Below are positions 27,935 through 40,020 of a DNA stretch of 64,000 nt, piece by piece (within the stretch, counting starts at the first letter, position 1; each line of letters starts with the position of its first letter). The stretch is taken from assembly GCA_030390025.1 (NCBI GenBank), contig CM059438.1, positions 80,104,001 to 80,168,000 of the forward strand, written 5' to 3'. Under the pieces are notes generated by a model. It did not search any database. It was not told the origin of the DNA and worked only from the letters and a program-made list of their open reading frames with translations. A program made the translations under genes and the position numbers. This DNA is from Squalus acanthias. Taxonomy: Eukaryota.

Positions 27935-28132
27935 ATGCATGGGTTAGGTCTGCGTCTTATGGAAGTTCTGGGTTCGAAATCTGAACAAGACACGTGTAAT
28001 TTCCGTCAGTCAGCGATGCTTTTCCATGGAATCTCGGGGGGTGAGATGCAGGGAGTTATGGAGGAGATGGAAAGACGATCCAAGAACGAGCAAGCCATCA
28101 GTTCGGGGATAGACATGGGGGAGAGAGAAACG
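27935..28132 (+). CDS. lhx2: Lhx2 coding exon 1 (N-terminus; in-frame ATGs at 27935, 27959 and 28016)
   Basis: Translates MHGLGLRLMEVLGSKSEQDTCNFRQSAMLFHGISGGEMQGVMEEMERRSKNEQAISSGIDMGERET, matching the Lhx2/Lhx9 N-terminus (AISSxIDxGxxET is Lhx2-type). Donor ACG|GTAGGC at 28132/28133, phase 0. The true start ATG is uncertain. Confidence 0.9.
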
Positions 28133-29732
28133 GTAGGCACCAGAGCTTTAAAACAATCTATAGAGGACTGCGCTGGGATTAGGCAATTGTTATTTAAAAA
28201 AAAATCATTTTATGCGTCTACGCTTCACGAAGTAAGTTCTGTATTTTTATTCATATTTGTATTAAGTATCTTCTGTATAATTGAGAGCATATTACTGCAA
28301 AGATACCAAAATGTCTATATTAAAACTAAATTAGGAGGAGTCAGTGCTGAAGTCTTACCGATATCATCTGGAGTATTTATCAGATTTGTATGATTTAATG
28401 AGGCATTAAAATTAATCAGATTTTAAATGAAGATGTACTTGGGGATACAGCAACTTTAGAGAATGCTAACGAGTCTTAAAAACTCTACCGACCAGCAGAT
28501 CCGAGCAGTTTCGGAATATAAACGGGTCCGGACGGTTTTTTTTTAAATTGCTCTCACAAAACAAAAAAAAACTTAATAAAAATTCAAGGCTAACACGGTT
28601 CGGTGTATCCCTTGAATTTGATGAAGTTTTATTTTCAAATCGAAGCAGTGATTAAAACCAATGGGTGCGCCCAGGTTTAGTAGAAATAATTGAAGAGAAT
28701 CACAACACGGCCACGGAAGATATTTTATCTGAATGTATTTTGCTTATATTCGGGCTTTTCTCGTAAAAGGATAGAAAACGTGGTCTGGTTTAATTTTGTA
28801 AAATATATGAATGGAATCTGTCTGAAAGAAATGTAACAAAACATATTCGGCAGCTAAATCGATCGAATGCAGTTTAAAGCGTTTCACAGGATTTGCTGGA
28901 ATACACATATTTGATTCAGACAGGTTTATTTCACATCGCTTCCGTCTAGATTACAAGGAATTGTCCGTAATGGGCTGGTTCAATAGGTTGCTTAGACTTC
29001 AGGATGACTACAGCTCAGGAAAGGCCTGTATCATAAATAACAGCACATGTCATAAAACAGCGACTTTAAACGTGACAGTTATTACAACAGAATATGATTA
29101 ATAGTTTGGGAAAGGAACACCGATCCCTATATGTAAAATAAACCTGTCCGTTCCATGCAGTGAAATTGGTAGCAGGAATATTCTGCACTTCAGTGCTGCT
29201 GAAATGTTTTAAACTGCAGTGATAGTGATGGGTGTAAGCAAGGCTCTTTGTGCATAACGGAGCAGGTAGACCATAGTTACTTGTGCAATTGTTCGTGTGT
29301 GAGAATTTGAAGTTAATAGTATATCGAGGTAATAAAAAGTGTAAAAAGTAATACAAAGTGTAATTTTTACCATGCGGAAAAACGAGAGAATGAAACTATT
29401 ATATGCAATTATGATGAACTGCGTATATTAGCCATTTAGTTTACCAGTAATTTGATGTTAAACAGCACAGCTTCCGTTAGAACATACCCTAAAACTTTTT
29501 ATACTGTGTACATATGATATCATTGGCAAAAAAAACAAAAAGTTGCCGTGGAATTTACTCCACCAAACAGGCGACATAACCCATGCATTATACTCCTTTG
29601 AAAAATCATCTGCTACATAGTTGATTTAATGGATGGTGTTAGCTCATTCTCGAGCTGATGAGATGTAACCCTATATCTGGTGTGTTGCAAAGTGGGTGCT
29701 GATGGGGTGTATCCTGCTGGTGTTTTTTGCAG

Positions 29733-29935
29733 ACTATGCCGTCCATTAGTAGCGAGAGACCGGCTCTGTGCGCTGGCTGTGGGGGCAAGATCTCAGACCG
29801 CTATTATCTGCTGGCGGTGGACAAACAGTGGCACATGCGTTGCCTCAAGTGCTGTGAATGTAAACTGGCCCTGGAATCCGAACTGACCTGCTTCGCTAAG
29901 GATGGCAGCATCTACTGCAAAGAGGATTACTACAG
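29733..29935 (+). CDS. lhx2: Lhx2 coding exon 2 (LIM domain 1)
   Basis: Acceptor TTTTTTGCAG| and donor AG|GTACCG. Encodes TMPSISSERPALCAGCGGKISDRYYLLAVDKQWHMRCLKCCECKLALESELTCFAKDGSIYCKEDYY; 203 nt, ends phase 2. Confidence 0.97.
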
Positions 29936-32556
29936 GTACCGAGACATGTTAAAAGCACAAATCAAAATGTCAACTGGAAGCTGCAGCAAAACAGAGGGCG
30001 ACGACACTGCATGCAGTAAACAAGGCAGAATAGCAGAATTTTACAATAATTAAGTGGAATAGTCGGAGTTGGACTGATATACCCATAAGTAACGTTAAAC
30101 GTTACCGCCATTCTTATCTGAACCCATGTGCGCGAATTAAAGACTTTTTTTTAACAAGAAGTACTTCAGAATAGATACCATATTTGTTAACCTATTGAAG
30201 CCGAGGCAAAGTGGGAGCATTTCTTTCAGATGACGAAATGGGCTGGAATAATTTATGCAGGGTCTTTTCTTTAAATGTTTTATGCAATGAGATATCAGGG
30301 TTTAAGATGTATTTACAGCAGAGCCCTATTACAATGCTCAGGAGTATAGCGTCAAAGCAGAGTGAGAGGATTATCTATCTAGAATAAAAATGACTCCGAA
30401 TACTTAATACAAGCACCCAATTAAATTGTTTTATGCAAGGCCGAAGTTGCTTGTAACCAGCTACTGGAGGCACTTAGTATATAAAAAAAAATCTAAACAT
30501 TGGCACTTAACATGCCGAAAGTAGAGTACAATAGAAACAATAAAACGGGGCTTCTGCTAATATTCTAATTATGCTTAATTGTGTTCTAATTGTGTTAAAT
30601 AAAATTTAATGCCAGCAACAATGATTCGTGCAGTTAAATATAATCGAATGAACAGCCTCCAGTAGGGGAAAAGTCTATTAGAATACCCTGGGAAAACACA
30701 GGTTATTCTAATAGACAATGCATTGGGACGAAAATGAAAGAAATGTAGCTGTTGTAGCAGGTTGAAAGCAGGAACAAATGTGCGGTTAGCCAGTTTAATT
30801 GTATTGGGGCTGTTTTATGGAATTGCATGGACTTGAGGTATTCCTTAACTATTGTCTGAATTTAACATGTGGCGAAAGCAGAGCGATCTGCGCTGTTTTT
30901 GAGCCTGAACGATTCACGCTGTAACTCTTCCAGCTATTGGTATTGGGTACGAATGGAGTGAGGAAATAAACCCCTCTAAACCGGGGGCGGATCAAACACG
31001 GGGGAGTTCGGCACAAGTTGCTATTGCCCATTGCAGTGTTTCAAAATTGTTTTCCGTATTTTTATTGCAACGCAATGAAATACTAGATGTTCCCGCATTA
31101 ATAGCCGAATAGTGGGAAGCCCAGGACCTTTCAAAAGTTGGGAAACACGTAAGTCTGCGGATGAGAATATGGAAAAATGATCACCTAATTGACAAAATCC
31201 ACACCCAGCGCGAATTAAGTGAACTCTTAAAGTAAGATGATACCAGTAATAAACCTATCTAAAGATCAGGACTATTTCACCGAGATTTCACACGGAACAG
31301 CCAGATTGGCCGGTGCGACATCTCTGCAGAATACTCTTTTATTTACATAGTTCATTTAAATAGTTAATTTTTTAATGATGCGGTTTTGCACCGAGCGTAA
31401 TGTTTTATGCATGATCTTCTAATTAAAGGACCGCGCCACGCAATTTAAAGCAACTCGCCAAATTAAAACACTGGTGTTTATTTCAGCATGCATGTTCTTT
31501 TACAGCAGGCACAGAATGAGCCAAAGATGTTTGACATGTTACACGAAACAGAATAAATGCGCAGTGCTTATACCTTTTATGGGAAATGGAAAGGAATCCC
31601 ATTTATTTTCAAGCTAAATACAGTGCGCGCAATGAAAGCTAGTAACAGTAAGGCCATTAAATTATCACATTCTTTAGCGGAAAAAGTTAAAGTTGGTGGG
31701 ATATTGTGAAGAGCTCGGTACGTTTTATATATATTAGATTTCTAACTGTTTTGATGAAAAACTAAATATCTTGCTTCGTTAGTTAACGAAAGTGCATTGA
31801 AAAGGTTCATAAGCCGAATCTGTACTTTAAACTAAAAGTTATTTTCCCAGTGGGCCCCACCAAGTGCTTCAACTTTGAACTCTAAATAGGAGCACCTCAT
31901 TTTCGAAATAACTACTGATTGTAAATGAACTGAACGACTTTCTGCGTGGAATTGCGTTGCAATAATAATTAGATTTTTTAAATAATAAATGCTTATAAAA
32001 AGAATGACACAATCAGACATGTTCTTATTTAGGCGGCACAGTGAAGCTGCTTTGAACAATATTGAGCACCGGCAGTGGCTATCCCACTTCAGGACAGTCA
32101 GAACTTCCACACATCAGGGCGAAATGACAGACGATTGTATATGATTTTTTTAAATGACATTTCAGACGGACAATTAAAAGCAAAGACAGTGTAGCATTCT
32201 GAAGATCGCCTCCACCAGACGGATCACAGTGAATTCTGATAAGATATTGTGTAAATAACAAGTGGTAAACTCCACACCACCGCTGATAGTAACAGCCTTT
32301 AGCAAGCAAAAACCGATCCTGTTAGTGTTGGGCTTTGCTAGGTGGCAACCTGGGGTGGTGGGGTTGCTCTGGTTGTTGTGTACAGCGACATCCTGTATTC
32401 AAAAATAACCTGTTTATGATATTGTTATACACGGCGACAAAACATTCATAGTGACCCTAAAAGCATATAAGACTAACCGATCCGACAAAAGGTACCAACA
32501 TGTTTTAACGGTAATATTTGTCCCCTTCTCCCCCCCTCCCCCCCCCACCCCCGCAG

Positions 32557-32915
32557 GAGATTCTCCGTGCAGCGGTGCGCCAGATGTCACCTCGGGATCT
32601 CGGCATCAGAAATGGTGATGAGAGCAAGAGACTTGGTCTATCACTTGAACTGTTTCACATGCACAACTTGCAACAAAATGCTGGCAACCGGGGATCACTT
32701 TGGCATGAAGGACAGCCTGGTATACTGCAGGATTCACTTCGAGACTCTGATTCAGGGAGAATTCCAGGCTCACTTCAATCACACAGACGTGGGCTCCAAG
32801 AGTGGCGCTGCCCTGGGGCTGCCATTCTATAACGGGATGGGCACTGTGCAGAAAGGACGACCCCGCAAGAGAAAGAGCCCAGGACCCGGGGCTGACCTAG
32901 CAGCTTACAACGCAG
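32557..32915 (+). CDS. lhx2: Lhx2 coding exon 3 (LIM domain 2 and basic linker)
   Basis: C-rich acceptor ...CCGCAG| and donor G|GTAGGG. Encodes RFSVQRCARCHLGISASEMVMRARDLVYHLNCFTCTTCNKMLATGDHFGMKDSLVYCRIHF...GRPRKRKSPGPGADLAAYNA; RDLVYHLN and SPGPGADLAAYNA are Lhx2-type rather than Lhx9-type. 359 nt. Confidence 0.97.
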
Positions 32916-34038
32916 GTAGGGCTTTCTAAACTTCCACCAAGCACAACTAGCACTCTTTAAAGGATGGGTTGGTTATAGTGGCTGCTGCTGATGGAACGAG
33001 GTTGGTGTTTGTGCTGATGCAGGGTCTCATTTTTTTTTGGCCTGCCGAGTAACAAACAAAACTATCACTTTTACAACTATGAAGCGAACACCCTGGAGAT
33101 TGAACCTTTTTTAGAGTACCATACAGTGACATCCACTTTCGCGGTGACACTATTGCTTTAATTCGCTAACACGTTGTTGTAACTGTGATGTAGCCACTAA
33201 TAAAAACAGTGGTTAATAACCGAGTCACTAACTCCTGTGTTTGGACCGACGGTTCGTGGCTTAGAATTAATGACAAATGTAAGTAGAGAATGCCATTGTC
33301 AGATCCAGTGTTCCTATTCCAACAACAGGGTCACCGTCTCTTTGCCATCTGGAACTCGCTGGCGTCGACCCAATGAAGCTTTGGGACAGAACTTCCACTT
33401 GCGGATTTTTTTTCTCTGTTAGATTTTCTACCCTCCAACTTCCAGCAGCATCTTTTCACGTCTTGTTTGCTGAGATATTTATACACGTCATTATTCTTAA
33501 AGAGACACTTTTCCCGTTTAGGCTGGAAGGCTCCAGCAAAGCAAATATGCTGATATTATGCTTTGAGCAGTCTCCCTGCAGGCGAAGAGTGCTTTGGGAA
33601 TGCAGGTTGTTTGTGTCACAGTGAAAGAGGCACCCAACTTCAGAAATTGCGTCAAAAACAAAACGGGGCGAACTTATTTGTAAAGGAGTCGGTTCATTTG
33701 GAAGTATTGCTGTGTAGGAATGATGTTGAACCGATTGCAATGCCTCATCCTCTCACTGTCCCCTTCAGTCTCTTTCAGACTGAGAAGAAACTGTTGGAAA
33801 AGGTGGATATGAATTGTTGATTTTAATGATTGTGTTTCACACACGATATTGGCCTTTAAACAGTAGTCGAGGTCGTTTCGTTTTGGAGGGGGGCATTGCA
33901 CTGAGTTGAATTTTATTGATTCCTAATCAGCAAAACCGGCTGCATGCGGAAAGTTACAGAGTATCTTTTCATTCAGTGGTGAAAAGGGCGTTTGGGAACA
34001 TTTCTGAGGAGGTCTGAAATGTAAACATGATTTCGTTA

Positions 34039-34041
34039 CCC

Positions 34042-34072
<31 letters not shown>

Positions 34073-34075
34073 ACA
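34039..34075 (+). repeat. Poly-C and (CA)n compound microsatellite
   Basis: About 20 C followed by (AC)n. Shorter (CA)n or (GT)n tracts lie near 10728, 20597, 23072 and 61336. Confidence 0.9.
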
Positions 34076-37000
34076 ACATTGATTATTTTAACACAAATGG
34101 CAGAAACTTTTGAAAATGTTGTATCTAGAAAATCCCTCGGCTTCCCTCTCCTGTTACTTTGTGTTACTTTGATTCCCAGACTCTCAATTGTGTCAGAAAG
34201 AGCATTAGAAAAGTTTGTTGAAGATATGGCGCGATATTACGAATTAGAAAAAAGGGGGGTTCGTACAAAAAAAGTGCGTCTCCAAAATGAAAGGGAATTC
34301 GGATCCGACCGGAATGGTTGATGTGTTTGGTTTAGTGACACTTCTCGTAGATTGAGGCGGTCTACCCTTGTTTTTTTGGGTAAGAAAGACAAAGATGTAG
34401 GCGGCGCTGGTGTATCTTTATTTAGGGTCGCCTGTATGTCTTAAATCCTGGGAACTAGTGGCGAACAGGACGGGCTAACAGAAAAGGCTGACCTTATGAT
34501 TGACTCTTTTTAGGAGCTTTACAATGGGAACACTTCCTACTCCCCCTCTCGTATTCTCTCCCCCAATAATTAAATGTTCTAGAAACACGCAGTGCTGCTT
34601 AGAAACTTTAAAAAATGTGGTTTGCCGCCAGTAAATCCTTAGGTATTTTATTCCTATTTTGTATTAGGTTCCAAAAATGATCTGATTGGAGCATTTGTAG
34701 TTCAGTTTTCTTTTAGTGGTATTATGAATTGTAATATCTACAGGTCTTGTATATTTCTGGAGTTTACAGTAATTAGTGTTAAATTATACTTAGCAAATGT
34801 CTTTAAATGCAAAGTTTGAAGCCTTACACTCACTGGAAATGAAAAAATAGCATGTAGTTTTTACCCGGACATAATAATTACAAGTGCATCCTCATTATAA
34901 TATGGACAGAATGCGGCCCAATGTAATAGCAATCCCTGCAATGATTGCATCAGAACCTTTCATTGCTCTAAACGGCACCAATTCCCCTTCAAAGACTCGA
35001 GGAGTTTACTTGAGACTTTTACCACATTAAGCTTTAGTCTTTAGAGGGTTGCGGCGGAGGGGGTGGGGGGGGGGGGGCTGGTGGGGAGTCTGGCAGGACT
35101 TGGCAGATTTTAGACGAAGATGGAGGCTGACAAGTGGAAAACAGCTCAGATGGACGCCGGAACTTCAAACGCCTCCTTTGCCAAGGTTCTTCTTTTATAC
35201 TTTCATTTTTGTGCCCATCGGGGGGGGGGGGGGGGGGGGGATTGCATTTTCTGACGGCTTTCCGGGAGGCCTACAGTGTTGGTGGGTCAGTAAATCAATG
35301 GGTGAAACCTTGTGGAACAAGCTTTTTGCTCAGAACTGAACACCTGTACAAAACGGCAAATCCCTCGGCGGATTCCCAGCGAATAAAAAAAAACCCGAAT
35401 TGCTAAAGAGCATCAGATTGGCTAGAACTCCATTGCAATGTCTGAAGATCATCTCTGATAAGATCTCTTTTATCTTTATGGTAGCGTCACCACAACGTCA
35501 CCCCCCCCTAGCAAATCCGGACTCAACTGCTTAAGATTTGAAGGAGTTGTAATTAATGTATTCAAAATTCCATAACCAATTATTTAGCAAATAATTATTT
35601 TGTGTCGAGTATGCAAGACCCACTAAAAGCTGACACGATCACTGCACATTTAAACACTTTCAAGAGTAACCATTGGGGAAAGATTAGTATTACAGAGAAC
35701 GCAGATGCATTCATTTTATGAACTATTAAAAAATCAACATAGTTAATAATCATTTTTCTAATAGTCGCGAAAATCATTAATAGTCATTTGCATTGACATG
35801 GTACAGATATTCATATTTCCCGCAGTTCCACGCAGTCACCAGCCAGCCAGAATTTATTTTGCAGTAAATGAACTAAGCATGTAGCCGATCTTGCAGTCAC
35901 TATATGTAATCACCACCTCCCCCAAATTACTGCATGTAATTATCAGCTCCCTAAATCCCCCCTCCCCCCCAGTTTAAAAAGACTCCTGTTTCTGGTACAC
36001 ACATTTGTAGACCCGCTTTTCGTGGAGAAACTCTTTGGTTTGCTAAATATGCCATTTAAAATTAGCTTCGTGGTTCTGGATAATCCTTCACTAAATACCA
36101 TTTTGTATAATGCTTAATTATCCTTCCATATTTTAAAACCTTTTTTTTACTAAACGTCTTTCCTGACAATCAGGTGCAAAGCAGCGGTTTTCTATAAATT
36201 TGTCAATATATTCATGCTTAACTCATTACCTAATCCACTTCTTCCCAGTAACAGGCTTCAATTATGCTAATTAAAGCCTATTGCCTAATAATTACATATT
36301 TCCATCACTAAACACCTTGTTGGTACACACAAAACGGGGTATTACAATTCTGCAAGAGAAAAACCACCAGTTCGTTGATTTAATATAGGGAGAGCTGCAC
36401 TTCCAGCAAAGGTTTCGGACAGATAATGAAGAACAAGGTTGATTAAGCTGATTTCCTCACCAGTTGTATTTAATATTTAACAAATAGATGGGATATTTTT
36501 TGGCTTGACAGAAAACATTAACTGTGTGAGTATTGGGTTAGTGACTCCAATGAAATAGACGGAAAAGTTTAAAGAACAGTTGCAGTTGATGACATTAGTA
36601 TTAGATTGCACAGGCGTTTCAAGCCCTTGTGCACTGTTCGGATTTCTCTCGTTACTTTACGGCGGTGATTTATTTACATCTATTCCCCAATGCCCCAGTA
36701 CAGAGCTAACTCTGGTTAGTTGATTTTAATTGAAGGAAACTGACCTGAAGTGGAGGAACAGATCTTGGGGAAAGGGAAAAGTGCACCTCTCATGGACTGT
36801 TTTTTTCTCCCAAGTCTGTTAAATATTTATCCACATCAAGCTCGCCCTTGCTGTTACAGAATTTGGTTACGTGTTTCCTTGTTTTTTAATAAAATAATCC
36901 AGTTAATTTATCCCCAATTTTTAAACTGTCGGATTTACATTTCTGTTTGCCATTGCACTGATTCGATGTTAATAATGAACGAATTTCACCCCAAACGTGC

Positions 37001-39778
37001 GTTCTCTTCAATATGCGATCATGTCGGGCTCGGAAAGTCTAAAACCTGTGACATAACCATCGCTTTTTAACTGTTCTCACATTGCGGCGCCAAATCAATG
37101 CAAAACGCGTCTTGAGCACAAAGCGAAATTTCGAAGAATGTAAATAGCACTTGCAGCGTTTAGCTTTAATGTAACAGAGCGGGCGACACCCGGGAGATTA
37201 CCAAGGTTAGCAATTAAAGGTTGCAGTAATCTTGTCAGTTGTTCGAAAGGAAATGCAGTAGCAATAAAACGGTTAAACAGAATGTTGTTTCGTGTACAGC
37301 ATTAAATCTAATAAATATCCTGGTAGTTTCCATAATTTGGGGGGGGGGAAATGTAATTGTATATTGGCTGTCGGTGTGATGTAGTGAATAATACAGAAGT
37401 GGATTAGTGTAAGCAGATTCCCATAATTCAGCATTGTTAGTCGAGTTCGGGAGCTCTTAACCCTTTGAACTTTTCTAATTGAAAGGAAACCCCTAGATCA
37501 CAGCGGTCCAAACACCTCCACTTGCTTTTTAACAGCAGGCTGTAAATTGCAAGATCATTATGTGGTGAACCGTGGTTAATTTTTAAATGCTCGATCGATA
37601 ATTGAACAGCAACTAGTTTTATGCTGAGGCACATCAAATGCAGAGCCGTTGCCCAAAGTGGGGCCGTGAGAATCTGATAGCGATCGTTTATTAACTGTAG
37701 ACAGGGACTTTAATATTGTGTTTTTTTTATTTTGCCGATATCTGACAATTGCTACGGAGATCTTTAATTCATTTCTTCATTAATGTTTCTAATGGAAAGT
37801 TAGTTAAAGCAGGGCAGGAATATGAAAGCGGCCACCGACTCTGGAACACTGTCTCCCCCTTGAGGCTTTTGTAGTACTGCTGCCAGCCTTGCATGACAGT
37901 CAGTGAGTTGCTCAGGCACCAGACTGCGATTCAGTAACAAAAATATCATTTTCACAATTTGGTTCCATTTCACTTTTTTCCAACCCAAAAAAAACCTCCG
38001 GCACTTTTCAGCCTTAAGAATGAAGATTTGATCAGTCCTAAGAAAGCTGTTTGCATTTATGGTCCCTGATTAAAAAGACCGGTGAAGTTGCAAGAAGTTT
38101 CTAAACAAGGCTCTGTGTCATGGTCTGATCAGTTATGTTATGAGGTTAATATTATAATCTGGAATTGCAACATAAAAAAATTAATGCCACAGCAAAAATA
38201 TAAATTGTAAAAGAAAATCCCGCTGCCGCTGCTGTCCTTCCCTGGGAGTTTCTATCAGAGCGGACTGTTTGTAGCTGTGCTTTGAACTAGACCTGCCTGA
38301 AAACTTCTCAGTGAATAATGGCACAACTTCTATCGAAGAAGACTTTTTGAATACTGGGAAATACATATAAAAAGGAACACCTCATTTTGTGGCTTTATGA
38401 ATAGCTGTAAGCAGTAACATCAGATGCTTGAACATTTTAAGCTTTTGACTATTTTGACGTTTTTCAGAACACAGCTCTCTTACATTAGCTAACCTATAAA
38501 AATATAATAAAAGTTGCTGAACATTACGAGAAGTATGAAAACAATTGATTACAGTGATCGTTTAATTTCTGAAATAATGTAATGCTACTATTACATTTCA
38601 TTAGTTGTTCTACAATTAAAAATAGGGTAATTATACCGTGAATAGCAAATAAAAGTGCATCACTTCTCCTTTAGAACCGTTTGCCCTTATGAACGATCTT
38701 CAGAACTGTGCCATATTATGTCTTCTCAAGTACAACGCAGCCCATCCTTGGGGCATGTTTGTGTCTCCTTGCTTTGTCCAATGACTAATGTTTTTGAATC
38801 ATGTCATTGCACGTGACGCAGAAATGAATGCCAGCAAATATGAATTACGTAAATGTACGCCACTTTTGATGAGTCACAGTCACTTTCTTAAAGCTGCGGT
38901 GCCCCAGGTTGACAAAATAACACTGGACATTGAAACAGCAGTGAGCATTCCCACAGAGTGGAGCGGTGCAGGTTTGAGCTCTCACTTGCCTGAGTTCCTG
39001 ATCTCAGTGGTACTGCGTGAGGACAATAAATTGGAAGCAGTGTCACCATGGTTATCACATGACCACTGGAGCAAGCCTGGTGGCGGAGGCCTGCAGGCAG
39101 GTGGTCCATCTTAGCTGTAGGGGCACGTTGCCTGGAGGTGAACATGCCAGAGGAGAACATGGATAAAAGAGTATTCACCAGAGGGTAATATACTCTCAAA
39201 AACAGCCACAGTAATTACAGTACTATTTTTTTCCATGTTATACCTTGGAATTAGGAATCTGACCAATCAAAAATGTTGTTACCAGTGCTTTTTGCTATAA
39301 AGAAATTCACAATATTGTAATAGAGGTCAGTTTCAGAAAGGTCTGGCTTGTGTATTCCTTTCATTGATCTTAATTTCTTGCCTCTGGGTTCTGGCTCTGA
39401 TTGTCAGGAATACGAGGGTGAAGAGTGGAGATCGGTGTTATGACTATATAAACCATGACTTGCTGAAACTAAATGCCTCGCAGAAACCTAATAGGAAGGA
39501 CATTTTTCAATAGGTTGCTTTCCTTAGTTCCTAATGATGCACTGGGGGAAAATATGAAGACTAAGCAACTTTAAGAAATGCTCTTCCTTCAGTTCTAAAG
39601 TCATTACAGTCAGAAAAATCTGCACTGATTTCAGAGTAAAACTGAACTTGTAAAATGGGAAGGAATCACTTAACCTAGTAGCGTTTAATGATGATATATT
39701 TTTATTGTCAAGTTCTATTCACTTTAAATAATAAACTACAAAAACTTTAGTAGCAATTTGTACTGGAGCACAAATTTA

Positions 39779-40020
39779 CATAGAAATTACAACACGGAAA
39801 CAGGCTGTTTGGTCAACTAGTCCTCCAAATGCACAGTAGTCCTAATTGCATGTGTCCACCTTGTTCCCATATCCTTTTCCTTCAACCACCTATCTAACCT
39901 TAAATGTTGACATGGTCTCTGATTCAGTCACTAACTGTAGTAGTGCATTCCACAGCCTCACAACCCTCTGTGTAGAAAAGTTCTCCTGATCTCTGTCCTA
40001 AATCTCTTACATTTAATCTA
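39779..40020 (-). mobile_element. CR1 3'-end fragment
   Basis: CATAGAAATTACAACACGGAAACAGGC...GCATTCCACAGCCTCACAACCCTCTGTGTAGAAAAG is the degenerate reverse complement of the CR1 3' end seen at about 24980-25210. Confidence 0.75.

Noticed and set aside
28133-28393. ORF read-through past exon 1 with a hydrophobic, TM-like stretch
   Set aside because: A canonical donor at 28133 restores Lhx2 homology; the continuation is AT-rich intron.
32554-32559. NAGNAG (CAG GAG) alternative acceptor at exon 3
   Set aside because: GAG is a very poor acceptor and the conserved YYRRF requires the proximal CAG.
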